Assembly (NCBI GenBank): GCA_030390025.1 | Contig: CM059432.1 | Coordinates: forward strand, 47,742,001-47,806,000 | Direction: 5' to 3' | Source: Squalus acanthias | Lineage: Eukaryota | DNA length: 64,000 nt | Part shown: positions 37,560 through 50,699 of the stretch, piece after piece | How positions within the stretch are numbered: the stretch's first letter is position 1 | Layout: every line of letters begins with the position of its first letter | Made by a program: the position numbers and the translations under genes | Notes under the pieces: generated by a model | Told to the model about the DNA's origin: nothing | The model's database searches: none | Seen by the model: only the letters and a program-made list of their open reading frames with translations

Positions 37560-38692
37560 CTCCTCAACCACCTGCTGCTGCACAGGGCAGAGGGCATCAA
37601 TGCAGGGCTGCACCGCGCCGCAGGAGATACCCCCAACACAGGGTTTACAGGCAGAGAATGAGCTTCCTCAACATGACTGAGCAGCAGTGCCAAAGGAGAC
37701 TGAGACTATCGCGACAGGAAATCGCAGAAATTTGCACATAGCTCGATCAAGACCTGCAGCCCAGAGGAGCGGGTGGACACCCCTTACCAGTGGCTGTCAA
37801 AGTCACCACCACCCTCAACTTCTTTGCATCAGGCTCTTTTCAGGGATCTGCAGCAGACATTAGCGGCATCTCCCAGTTGACCACCCACAGATGCATCACG
37901 CAGGTCACTGATGCCCTCTTTGACAAGTCCGCCAATTACATCTACTTTTCCACTGATGAAGCCAGCGTTACTGAGCAGGCGCTCGGCTTTGTCAATCTGG
38001 CTGGCTTCCTACGGGTGCAGGGCGTCATCGACTGCACACATGTGGCCATCAGGGCACCCCATCAGAACCCAGCAGTGTTTGTCAACCGCAAGGGCTTCTA
38101 CTCCCTTAACGTGTAGCTGGTGTGCAACCATAGGAAGAGCATCATGCATGTGTGTGCCAAGTTCCCTGGCAGCTGCCATGACTCTTTCATCCTGCGCCAG
38201 TCCACTGTCCCTCAACTGATCGCACCGCCAAACAAACTTTCTGGCTGGCTCCTTGGAGACAAGGGCTATTCCCTGAAGATGTGGCTAAAGACACCTTTGC
38301 GGAGGCCATCAAACGAGTCTGAGGAGTGCTACAATCAAAATCACATTTCCACCAGAAGTCTCATAGAGCAAACAATAGCATTGCTCAAAATGCGCTTCAG
38401 ATGCCTGGACAGATCTGGTGGAGCTCTTCAGTACTCACCAGCCAGGGTCTCGAGAATTGTTGTAGTCTGCTGTGCCCTGCACAACATAGTACTACAACGA
38501 GGATTAGCGCTGCATGAGGCACAAGGCGAAGAGCGCACAACCTCTTCAGAGGAGGGGGAGGAGGTGGAGGAGCAGAATAACCTTCAGCATGAGGAACAAC
38601 TGGAGGAGGCAGCTGTCCCAATGCAACCAGAACGTGAGCACATTGCTACCTGTGATGCCAGGGATGGCCTAATCAATGCCAGATTCACCTAA
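37560..38692 (+). pseudogene. Harbinger (HARBI1-like) DDE transposase, inactivated
   Basis: [38 protein letters not shown] and [13 protein letters not shown]. In-frame TAG codons near 37739 and 38114. Confidence 0.92.
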
Positions 38693-38847
38693 CTTTATGC
38701 AGCACAGACATGTGGCTGCCACATGCGCATGAAGGTTGACATCACCCCACCTCAACACCATCTCTACATTGAACTGTGCATTCCTTGCACGGTCACCACC
38801 ATTGCTGGACATAAAAAGTGCCCTTACCCTTCACTCTGCCACTTGCA

Positions 38848-41290
38848 ATTTTTTTTTTTATTCGTTCATGAGATGTGGGCGTCGCTGGCAAGGCCAGTAT
38901 TTATTGCCCACCTCTAATTGCCCTTGAGAAGGTAGTGGTGAGCCGCCTTCTTGAACCGCTGCAGTCTGTGTGGTGAAGGTACTCCCACAGTACTGTTAGG
39001 GAGGGAGTTCCAGGATTTTGACCCAGCAACGATGAAGGAACGGCAATATACATAGAAACATAGAAAAAATTGGAGCAGGAGTAGGCCATTTGGCCCTTCG
39101 AGCCTGCTCCGCCATTCAATATGATCATGGCTGATCCTCTATCTCAATACCATATACCCGCTCTCTCCCCATACCCCTTGATGCCTTTTATGTCTAGAAA
39201 TCTATCTATCTCCTTCTTAAATATATTCAGTGACTTGGCCTCCACAGCCTTCTGTGGTAGAGAATTCCACAGGTTCACCACCCTCTGAGTGAATAAATTT
39301 CTCCTCATCTCAGTCCTAAATGTCCTACCCCGTATCCTGAGACTGTGACCCCTCGTTCTAGACCCCCCAGCCAGGGGCAACAAGTCAGGATAGTGTGTGA
39401 CTTGGAGGGGAACTTGGAGGTGGTGGTGTTCCCATGCGTCTGCTGCCCTTGTCCTTCTAGGTGGTAGAGGTCGCGGGTTTGGGAGGTGCTACCAAAGAAG
39501 CCTTGGCGAGTTGCTGCAGTGCATCTTGTAGATGGTACACACTGCAGCCACGGTACGCCAGTGGTGGAGGGAGTGAATGTTTAAGGTGATGGATGGGGTG
39601 CCAATCAAGTGGGCTGCTTTGTCTTGGATGGTGTCGAGCTTCTTGAGTGTTGTTGGAGCTGCACTCATCCAGGCAAGTGGAGAGTATTCCATCACACTCC
39701 TTACTTGTGCCTTGTAGATGGTGGAAAGGCTTTGGGGAGTCAGGAGATGAGACACTCGCCACAGAATACCCAGCCTCTGACCTGCTCTTGTTGCACAGTA
39801 TTTATGTGGCTGGTCCAGTTAAGTTTCTGGTCAATGGTGACCCCAGGATATTGATGGTGGGGGGATTCGGCGATGATAATGCAATGTCAAGGGGCGGTGG
39901 TTAGACGCTCGCTTGTTGGAAATAGTCACTTGTGTGGCGCAAATGTTACCTGCAACTCATCAGCCCAAGCCTGAATGTTGTCCAGGTCTTGCTGCATGTG
40001 GGCATGGACTGCTGCATTATCTGAGGAGTTGCGAATGAACACTGTGCAGTCATCAGCGAACATCCCCACTTCTGACCTTATGATGGAGGGAAGGTCATTG
40101 ATGAAGCAGCTGAAGATGGTTGGGCCTAGGACACTGCCCTGAGGAACTCCTGCAACGATGTCCTGGGGCTGTGATTAATGACCTCCAACTACCACAACCA
40201 TCTTCCTTTGTGCTAGGTATGACACCAGCCAGCAGAGAGTTTCCCCCCCCCCCCCCCCGTCACTTCAGTTTTACTAGGGCTCCTTGATGCCACACTCGGT
40301 CAAATGCTGCCTTGATGTCAAGGGCAGTCACTCTCACCTCTGGAATTCAGCTCTTTAGTCCATGTTTGGACCAAGGCTGTAATGAGGTCTGGAGCCGAGT
40401 GGTCCTGGCGGAACCTAAACTGGGCATCAGTGAGCAGATTATTGTTGAGTAAGTGCTGCTTGATAGCACTGTTTGATGACACCTTCCATCACTTTGCTGA
40501 TGATTGAGAATAGACTGATGGGGCAGTAATTGGCCAGATTGGATTTGTCCTGCTTTTTGTGGACAGGACACACCTGGGCAGTTTTCCACATTGTCGGATA
40601 GATGCCAGTGTTATAGCTGTACTGGAATAACTTGGCTAGAGGCACGGCTAGTTCTGGAGCACAAGTCTTCAGCATGACAGCCAGGATGTTATCAGGGCCC
40701 ACAGCCTTTGCTGTATCCAGTGCGCTCAAACGTTTCTTGATATTACATGGAGTGAATTGAATTGGCTGAAGACTGGCTTCTGTGATGGTGGGGACCTCAG
40801 GAGTAGGTCAATATGGACCATCCACTCGGCACTTCTGGCTGAAGATGGTTGCAAATGCTTCAGCCTTGTCTTTTGCACTCACGTGCTGGGCTCCACCATC
40901 ATTGAGGATGGGAATATTCATGGAGCCTCCTCCTCCCGTTAGTTGTTTAATGGTCCACCACCATTCACAACTGGATGGGGCAGGACTGCAGAGCTTTGAT
41001 CTGATCGATTGTGAGATCGCTTAGCTCTGTCTGTAGCATGCTGCTTCTGCTTTTTAGCATGCAGTCCTGTGTTGCAGCTTCCCTAGGTTGGCACCACATT
41101 ATTAGGTATGCCTGGTGCTGCTCTTGGCATGCCCTTCTACACTCCTTTTTGAAAAAGGGTTGGTCCCCTGGCTTGATGGTAATGGTAGAGTGAGGGATAT
41201 GCCTTGCCATGAGTTTACAGATTGTGATGGAATACAATTCTACTGCTGCTGATGGCAATGGAGGGTGTCCTCAGTGTCAAGACAGGACTT
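38848..41290 (-). mobile_element. Second LINE family, long degenerate copy with a nested CR1 3' end (39051-39380)
   Basis: KAVGPDNI..LKTCAPEL..NYCPISL RT motifs; poly(A) tail at 38848. The nested CR1 has the catagaaacatagaa tail. Confidence 0.9.
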
Positions 41291-41292
41291 TG

Positions 41293-42410
41293 TAACGGTT
41301 TTATACAACTGAGTGGCTTGCTAGGCCTTTTCAGGGGGCAGTTAAGAGTCAACCACATTGCTGTGTGTCTGGAGTTACATATAGGCCAGACCAGATAAGG
41401 ACGGCAGATTTCCTTCCCTAAAGGACATTAGTGAACCAGATGGGTTTTTACGACAATCCGATAGTTTCATGGTCTCCATTACTGATACTAGCTTTTTATT
41501 CCAGATTTATTTCATTAACTGAATTTAAATTCCCCAGCTGCCGTGGTGGGATTGGAACTCACAGGGCTGGATTTTGAGACTGGGGCGGGTTGGGGTCGTG
41601 TCATCCGCATTTCGTGTTATCCACCCACCTGCAATTGGATGTGGGAGATTGATGCAATTTTCACTTAATTGGGCAATTGAGTTCCAGCATGTGGGAACCC
41701 ATGAATCAATTAGTGGTTTCAGTCTGAAAGTCGCCTCTGATGATGTCATCATTGCAGGTCAGAGACTACCTGGTCTCAGAGATTGCCTGGCCTTTGCTGT
41801 GAGAGGACCTGGATGCAAAATGAGCAGGAGAGCGAGCGAGAGAGAGAGCGAGAGTGAGAGAGAGAGAGAGAGAATTTTTTTGCAACCAAGTCCTCCCAAG
41901 CAGTCTCTGAAGACATTCAATGCAGCAGCATCAGAGGCGACTTTCAGACCTAATACTACTACTACCTTCATCACAATACTACTACTACCTTCATCACATC
42001 TCCGTTGTAATAGTGGACCTGTAGCTGATAGTCAGCTATCCACTTGTGCTCCCACCAGGTTTCACTGGAGTGTTTCACATCAGGCGTACTTCACGTCGGA
42101 AAAGGGTTAAACTAGCTAAAATGTTTCAAAATGGCATTACAGAGCCAATTTAGGGCTTGTTAAGGGCTTTAATGGCCTCTCCCGCCTCTTGGAGGCGGGA
42201 TGGAGTCGGGAACCCCGCGACCGATTTTGTCAAAATTGCGTGGAGGCGGAATGGAGTCGGGATGGGGTCGGGACCCCCGAATCTGCAACTTTAACCCCCC
42301 ACACGCCTCCAAACCCGACTCCACGGGTCATTGAAAATCCAGCCCACAGTCTCCAAATCATTAGTCCAGGCCTCTGGATTACAAGTCCAACATAACCATT
42401 ATGCTACTGT
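41293..42410 (-). mobile_element. tRNA-headed SINE/LINE-head sequence split by a MITE
   Basis: Homologous to the SINE at 50045-50540; B-box-like gagttccaatcc. Confidence 0.7.
41564..42345. mobile_element. Harbinger-type MITE (family B) with internal (GA)n tract
   Basis: TIR GGGCTGGATTTT, TSD ACA. Confidence 0.9.
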
Positions 42411-42644
42411 TCCATGTCCTCTCCCACCATCATCCCTCTCATGGGTCACCCGCACTTCTCTGCTAGCAAGCACACATATGGCAACAAATGCAAACATTCA
42501 GAAAAAAATAATTTATTGCAACAAAATAAAAGAACAGAAACTTAATATTCATTTATAGCAAATCACCCAAGAGTCTACCCTTATGACTATTTATGTGGGA
42601 TCTTTCTTTTACGCATGGTTTTACGTGGTGCTACCCTTGTGGCT

Positions 42645-44703
42645 TCAGCAGATGTGGAGGAAGCTGCTCACTTCCCTGCTGCGCCTGCTTAGACGCCTTT
42701 GGCGGTCGTCCTCTGGGTTTTGGAGCCTTTGAGGGCCCTGCCAAAGTCTGCTCCTCCTGCGATGTGCAGGGGCAAACTCAGCCATCTGGGGCTCTGACCG
42801 AGGAGTTGGCAAGTGGATGGAAGTTTGATCGCTTGGAAAGGAGCCCCCACTTCCATGTCCCCTCCCACCATCATCCCTCTCATGGGCCACCCGCACTTCT
42901 CTGCTAGCAAGTAAACGGAGAGCACCTTGCTGCACATCAGTGGGGCCATGAGGACCCATGTCTGTACTGACATTACTCATAACAAGGAGGTCCATAAACC
43001 TCTGGTTTCTCTCCTCAATAGATGCCCATCTATCCTCCATAGATGACCATCTATTTAGAAGTGTTACCTTGTTCTCCTGAGTCTGGAGATTTATGTCCTC
43101 CATGGAAGTGGCCAACCTTTCCATGGCGAACCTACAGTTGCTAGTGCGTGCGCCATGGCATTGCTCATATTTGAGACGGACTCCTCCATTCTCTGCACAC
43201 TCGCAGTCACCGTGGCTCTCTTTTCCTGCAATGAGGGAAACAAGAGCAGTTTGAGTGAGAGTGATGGAATGAGTGTAAAGAATGGATGGGATAGATGTTT
43301 GGGAATGTAAGTTGTGAGGAGGATGCAAGGAGGATTCAAGGGGATATAGACAGGCTAAGTTAGTGGGCAAGAACATGGCAAATGGAATATAATGTGGAGA
43401 AATGTGAAGTTATCCACTTTGGTAGGAAAAATGGAGAAGCAAAGTATTTTTTAAATGGTGAGAGATTTGGAAATGTTGGTGTTCAGAGGGACCTGGTGTC
43501 CTTGTACACGAATCACTGAAAGTTAACGTGCAGGTACAGCAAGCAATTAGGAAAGCAAATGGTATGTTGGCCTTTATTACAAGAGGATTTGAGTATAAGA
43601 GTAAAGATGTCTTACTGCAATTATAAAGGGCCCTGGCGAGACCACACCTGGAGTATTGTGTACAGTTTTGGTCTCCTTACCTAAGGAAGGATATACTTGC
43701 CATAGAGGGAGTGCAATGAAGGTTCACCAGACTGGTTCCTGGGATGGGGTATTGTCCAATGAGGAGAGATTGAGTAGACTAGGCCTATATTCTCTAGAGT
43801 TTAGAAGAATGAGAGGTGATCTCATTGAAACATACAATTCTTACAGGGCTGGACAGGGTAGATGCAGGGAGGATGTTTCCCCTGGTTGGGGAGCCTAGGA
43901 CCAGGGGTCACAGTCTCAGAATAAGGGGTCGGCTATTTAGGACTGAGATGAGGAGAAATTTCTTCAGTCAGAGGGTGGTGAACCTTTGGAATTCTCTACC
44001 CCAGAGGGCTGTGGAGGCTTAGTCGTTAAGTATATTCAAGACAGAGATCGATAGATTTTTGAATATTAAGGGAATCAAGGGATATGGAGATAGTTCAGGA
44101 AAGTGGAGATGAGGTAGAAGATCTTATTGAATGGCAGAGCAGGCTCGAAGGGCCAAATGGCCTACTCCTGCTCCTATTTCTGATGTTCTTATGTTTAGAG
44201 GGAGACTATGATGGAGTGGGGTGCCAATACCAAGTTGCCTCCTTTTGAGTTGTTAGTTGTTGTCATTGCATAACGATGAGGGTGAGTGTGAGGGGTGCAT
44301 CGTAAAATGGGGATGTGAATCTGTATATAGGGAGAGACGGATGGGTGACGGTACAAGGGATGTTGGAGTGAGTAAGGATGTGCAGAGTAGGGTTGGCAAT
44401 GCTGAGTGATGGGGATGTGTTGACAGGCACAGCAGAATGAAGGTGAGTGTGCTTTTATACTCACTTTTCCTGAATGCAAAAGATCATTAAACCTCTTCCT
44501 ACATTGCACCCAGGTGCGAACAAACACACACCTTGCAGTGACCTCCTCAGCTATTTGCAGCCAGGCTGCCTTTGTCTGCTGAGGAGGTCTCCTCCTTCCA
44601 TCCCCAGGGAATAGAACCTCCTGCATCCTCTGACTCCCTCCACAAGAACATGGAAGGGGTCATCATTGAAACGTGGTGCAGCCCTTTGTCTGCCTGCAGT
44701 CAT
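42645..44703 (-). pseudogene. Harbinger Myb/SANT-like gene remnant (spliced)
   Basis: RAAPRF..EVLFPGDGRRRPPQQTKAAWLQIAEEV..WVQCRKRFNDL, then a GTGAGT donor at ~44464. Acceptor-like ctcattgcag at ~43226. The element TIR ends at 44962. Confidence 0.8.
43300..44193 (+). mobile_element. CR1 3' fragment inserted in the Harbinger Myb gene
   Basis: Closely similar to 4915-5820; ends cctatttctgatgttcttatg. Confidence 0.92.
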
Positions 44704-46356
44704 TGTTGCCTGAACCAGCACTCAGGAGCATTAAATCAGAATTGAGAGCAAATGGGGACATGGCCCTTGGCAACAAATGCGTCATCAGGTGACGTCACCA
44801 GACCCGCACCTTGTAATTGGGCTGGGTAATGCGCAGGATGGGCTTAACAAGCCCAATTAACGTAAAATCCTTTTCGCAGAGCGGCTGGAGCCGGGACCGG
44901 GACCGGGACCCGCCAATGACCTCTCCCGCCACGATCCTGCCTCCGATGGCGAAATCGCGGCCTTGGTCTCATTTGCATATATGCACCACTTTGGAGGCAG
45001 CACATCTCTTGCCAGCACCCAGTTCCACCGGAATTGAACGCATATTTTAGAACAGATGTAACTCTTGGGTATCTGACTTACACCCTAAATTCCATATCCC
45101 CTACACTCCCAAGAAAGAAAATCACAACATTTCAAGCCCTGGATGTCAATTTAAAGTCTGAAAACAATACCAAGACTAAGAATAATAGCATGCAAAATTT
45201 TAATAAGTAGATGCAAAGTCATTGACCATGGCTGAACTATACACTTATTATGAAGATAAAGAAGTTCAGAAACCATTTTGGAGTTCACTAGTTACTGCGT
45301 TACCTTCCTGTCTCGGTATTCACTTTTATAAGTTATTCTTTTCTCTTGTGATTTCAGCCATCTATTGCATGCACTGGACTTGCTTGGATCACATTTCTTC
45401 TTTGTTTCACATTTTATAATTAAAATCCATCAGGGCATGAAATTGACAAATGCAAGCATATTGCTTTCAATGACTGGTAAGTGCAGGTTTCACTCTCTCT
45501 GCACGCAAGCAGAACAAAGAGGACATACAACAGAGACATAAACCAATGCTAGATGATACCGATAACAAGTCGGTAAAACAATACCTGTCTGGAGGATATA
45601 GCCCTTATCTCTCCATCAGCTCTGTTACAGCACAAAAGGATACAGTCTCTGACAGATTTCACAGCTAGATTTTTTAATGCACCGAACAAGAAATAGGGCT
45701 TTGTTGATTTAAAAGCTGGAGAAACCTGAGCAAGTACGAAGACAGGCAATAAAGAAACTTTCTTTGTGGGGGTGGCGGGGGGGAATTAAAGTCAGCCAAC
45801 TGTCCTCATGTACTAGCTAAATACACTGTGTAACAATAACTTCAGTGTTCTCTTGTTTAAGTGTAAGCCCTATTCATTAAGCAGTTATTCTTTTTTGATT
45901 CCCGACATACCTAGGCTGTCAAATCATCCTACAGATCTCCAGGATGTTCTTTAGCCTAAAGATGATACTTATAATATGACTCTTGACTCCATTCCAATCT
46001 GCATCCTCCTACATATAATGTAGATTGCCTGATGGTATTTTGAACTACCAGGACTTTCATAATGAAACCTATAAGACACAGCAGGTGCTACATTTCAATT
46101 TTTTAAATCTCTATTACCATGTTAAACCCATATTAAATATACTTGGGGAAACCTATTCGATACAATGGGTGAGAATTTCTCTGACCACTATCTGTAGTGG
46201 CTCCATCGCCAGAACTTTCAATGGAATGGAAAATCGGGCAGGCTGCATAATGGGTGGCCAATCCAATATCACTCATTAAACGCCCCACCCCCACACAACA
46301 TCGTTGAATGGTCCACCCAAAAAATGTGTTTTTTGAAGATTTTCTTCGGTAGGTAT

Positions 46357-48020
46357 TGTAGAATTCGCAATATATCGCGATTTTATTAATAAGGAGAAAA
46401 ACACATAGTTTCATTCAAACAGCTTTTATTTCAGCGGAATGCTGTCAGGTTTTCAAAGTGGACACAAGCAGCTTGTAAAATGGCCGCCGCACCTCGTGGC
46501 GGAACATTCTAGACTTTTCGACAGGCAGACAAGATGGCGTTCCAATAAACATTTGTGCAAGATCGATTAAGACTCAGCACATTGAAGATAATACACGAGA
46601 CATCATGGGTTTACAGTATACACATAAATACTGAAATCGGTCTCCCAGGTACGAATGAAAGCTATTGTACCAAGTAATCAAGAGCCCATCCAAAGACATT
46701 AATATGTAAAATCCCAACGACTCTACGATGAGAGAGCCGTTAGTGGGTAGTTACAGAAAACACTTGGAAGCCCCAAAACCCCTCCAGGGAGAACACCGAC
46801 CGATTAAACAATGGGAGAAATATTAACAGGTACTCAGACAATTACGAGTAGCCCCGAAACCCATTAAAACGGAGATCACCCTATACAAGACATTTGAGCG
46901 CCAAACCCTAACAAAAGAAAAAACATTAAGGTTGGGCGGGAAACGGAAGATTTTGCACTATAATTACAAGCTCCAACCGTCCATCTTTCTCTTATCTTGC
47001 TGGTGTTCATCCTCGTGGCTGCTCCTGTGCTCTTGACTCGCCGTCTTGTTCCTGCTTGCCTCGTGTCTCTTTTCAAAAGACTGTTGAACTTTATGATCCG
47101 CTCGGATCTACCTCGTGTCGTGTCGCGAAGACCTGTGTAGAACTGGGCTCTGAAGCCTTGAAGCGGGCGCACCATTCCGATAAGTCGGTAAACGGTGTTG
47201 GAACCGAAGGCCCGAGATGAGATGAGATGAGATGAGATGAGATGAGAAGAGAAGAAGACCATACTTATCGCCACGGTCAGTAAGCCCCGACCGCGCCTGT
47301 AGGTTGAATAGACATTTTCCTTGCCAGGAAGATTACTTTTTGAATTCTATCGCATCCGTGTGAGGGCACAGGAAGACTCTTTTTTGAGTAGAGTCGGAAC
47401 TCCGAGGACAACACAGATCTTCATGACAGCAGACGTTCCAGCCTGCTAGCCGGAGCAGAAACGAGTAAACAAGTGGGGCCAGGAGACCCCCTGATCGACA
47501 CGTGGGCGCTGCGGTGAAAAACATCCGATCAGAGTTTTCGGAATTCTCCGAGTTATCACGAGTGGTGAGCATGAGTCTCGAATCCTACGAATCTAGCTTA
47601 GGACAGATATTGATAGGGGAGGGTTTCAAGTATTAAGGATAATTGTAATGTGTGCCCCCATTTACGATGTGTCGTTCGTTCCTCGTTTCCCCGAAATTAG
47701 TTACATAACTGCGTGTAAGATTGTACTGTCATTAATCTGTGCTTATGACATGTATTTCGTAATCTTAAGTATTATGCAATAAAGATTTTCCATTTCGTAC
47801 CATTCAACCGAGTCTACCTGAGTTTCATCTCCATTACTGCTCTCGCATCTAAGTCCAGTGTCTAGAACCGTAAGGGCGAGTGGGTCGAACCACTCACAGG
47901 TGTCTAGTGCTCCCAGACTGGCTGGAGACCAGAACAGGCAACAAGGCCTAAACCCGCACTAGCACCCGGGCTGCACAGAGCCACACGAATCTCACAGGCT
48001 GAGAGACATAAACCCTTACA
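46357..48020 (+). mobile_element. Solo LTR (Gypsy- or ERV-type), 1664 bp
   Basis: TGTAG...CTTACA termini with 4-bp TSD GTAT. CpG-rich, TATA-like at ~46959, AATAAA at ~47779, (GATGA)n at 47215-47245. Confidence 0.8.
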
Positions 48021-48269
48021 GTATTTGAGGTGAAATTGTAAACTGGTTCTTTTTGAACACCTTTGCAGTTTTGCTGGAAATCTTCACGAACGCATTTACA
48101 ATGTTACAATACATAAATAATGGGATAATTTTCCCTCAATATTAGAGCTCTGGACTGACAGCACAGCAATACAGTAATGTTTTGGGCAGGAGAAGACCAT
48201 TGGTTCATCCAGCCTACCCTCCCAAGCCTCCAATCAGATTCTTAACTGTGATTCTTGGACTAATAGTGC

Positions 48270-49300
48270 TACATCGGCTCATCCAAAACTCTGTTGCCCA
48301 TATCCTATCCCACCTCAATTCCCACTCACCCATCACTCCCACCGACGTATATTGGCTGCTGGTCCCTCAACACCATAAATTTTAAATTCTTATCCTTGTG
48401 TTTAAATCCCCTCAAGGCCTTGGCCCTCACTATCTCTGTAACCTCCTCCAGCCCTAAAACACTGTCTCCATACTCTCCGTTTCTCTGACTTTGATCTTGT
48501 GCATTCTCCCTTCCTTCACCCTACCATTTCAGACGTCTAGGTCCCACTAGGAATTTAGTGCTAAATGTCTTTGCCTCTCCATCTACGTCTTCTCCTTTAA
48601 GACCCTCCTTAAACCCACCTCTTTGACTAAGCTTTTGGTCACCCCTCCTAAGTTTTCCCTCTTGGCATCCATTTTCTTTACACCTCTAAAAAGTGCTTTG
48701 GGACGTTTTTCTACGTTAAAGGCAACAACAACAACTTGTATTTATATAGCGCCTTTAAAGTAGCAAAACGTCCCAAATCGCTTCACAGGAGCGTTATCAG
48801 ACAAAATTTAACACCGATAAGGAGATATTGGGGCAGATGACCAAAAGCTTGGTCAAAGAGGTTGGTTTTAAGGAGCGTCTTAAAGGTGGAAAGAGAGGTA
48901 GAGAGGCAGAGAGGTTAAGGGAGGGAATTCCAGAGCTTACGGCATTGGCAGCTGAAGGCACAGCCGTCACTGGTCGAGCGAATAAAATCAGGGATGCTCA
49001 AGAGGCCAGAATTGGAGGAGCGCAGATATCTCGGAGGGTTGTAGGACTGGAGGAGATTACAGAGATAGGAAATGGCTAGGCCATGGAGGGTTTTGAAAAC
49101 AAGGATGAGAATTTTAAAATTGAGGTGTTGCTTAACTGGGAGCAAATATAGGTCAGCGAGCACAAGGGTGATGGGTGAATTTGACTTGGTAAGAGTTAGG
49201 ACATGGGCAGCAGAGTTTTGGATGACCTCAAGTTGACGGAGTGTTGAAAATGAGAGGCCCGCCAGGAGACGCGGTATATATGCAAGTTGTTGTTGTTGTG
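48270..49300. mobile_element. Old plus-strand L2 3' end with a younger minus-strand L2 (48723-49270) inserted in its tail
   Basis: IQNSAAHVL motifs on both strands; the plus-strand tail resumes at ~49270. Confidence 0.8.
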
Positions 49301-50044
49301 TCACATTTACTAACAGGAATTCATCCAGTCCCTGTTTAAAAATATAGTTTTCCACATTTGTATCATCCTCCTACCAAAAAATGTTGTCTAAATTTCTTAT
49401 TTTCCTTTGACATCCTTAGCTTCAAACTGTATCCCCTTGTTTTGAATTCGGATCTGCTTTTTATACCTTCTCTCAGTCAGTTGCATCAGTCGTTTCCATA
49501 AGAAGTTCTGAGTGTCTTACTTTTTATGGGAGTTGACTCACACTACTCTATACCTATTTGTGTAGTAGAGGGACTTGGGGGTGGACTAATGGAATCCCCT
49601 CATGACCTGACCCAGACCGTTGTGCATCTCTTTAATCTCTGCGTAATAGCATGACAAATAAATATGCTACACTACTCCACTTCTTCCGGTTTTCTTGCTT
49701 CACTTAGACTAACTCCTCTACTTTCTGATGTTCAGCTCAGGTCAGAACCTCCTCTCCCTGCAGACTCCTGTCTTTTTGCTGCCTGCCTGTACAGCGGATT
49801 AATTTGAAAGCCGGCCTGTCTTTTCGGTGCTCGTGTCTCTTGTATTAAACCCCACTTCACAGATAGACAGAGATCAAAGGGATGAGAAGTGTTTTCCGAT
49901 TACTCAGAATCGTTTGTTGTTTACTCTCTGGAAAAAAACAATTTTCATGTAGTGTATTAACCACCCTTTGGGTATCCTTTTTTTAAAGAGTACACATTGC
50001 TTTTAAAAAAAAGCATTACAAGGAACTCTGTTACCAAAATCCTT

Positions 50045-50540
50045 TCTTTTTTTAATTCATTCTCAGGATATGGGTGTCCCTGGCAAGGCTGACATTTATT
50101 GACCATCCCTAGTCGAAGATGGAGGTGGACTGCTTTCTCCTACAGTTGCAGTGTCGTGGTTTGACACAACTGAATGGCTTGCTCGGCCATTTCTGAGGGC
50201 AATTAAGAGTCAACCATGTTGATGTGGCACTGGAGTCACATAGAGGCCAGACGGCACGTTACCTTTCCTACAGGTTGGGTTTTTACGATAATCCAACAGC
50301 TTCATGGTCACGTTTACTGATACCAGTATTTTTAAATGTCTAGATTTTTAAAAATTGAATTCAAATTCTCAATCTGCCATGATAGGATTGGAACTCACAA
50401 CAGTCTCTTGGAGCAGAGGAGCAGGGGAGTTCTCTCCAGTGTCCTGGTCAATATTTATCGTTCCAACAACGTCACAAACAAATGATCTGGTCATTTACAA
50501 TGTTAGCCTATGCCTCTGGATTACTAGTCCAGTAACAAAA
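50045..50540 (-). mobile_element. tRNA-headed SINE carrying the 3' tail of the second LINE family
   Basis: Tail (ctggcaaggc..catttattg.ccatcccta) is shared with the LINE ends; body is shared with 41293-42410. Confidence 0.7.
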
Positions 50541-50699
50541 CCATAACACTACTGTACCCATTACTTTTTGTGGAAAAATGGTTAAATCCTAAAACATGAC
50601 AATTCAGGGCTGATTTTGGTCATGGTTCCACCCTATTTTTGGCAGGAACAAGGCAGTAATGAGACAAAACCACAGTGCAGCACTTACCGCCTCATTCTT

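Noticed and set aside
37790..38692. Domesticated HARBI1 host gene
   Set aside because: It has in-frame stops and lies within a transposon layout with a Myb partner and TIR.
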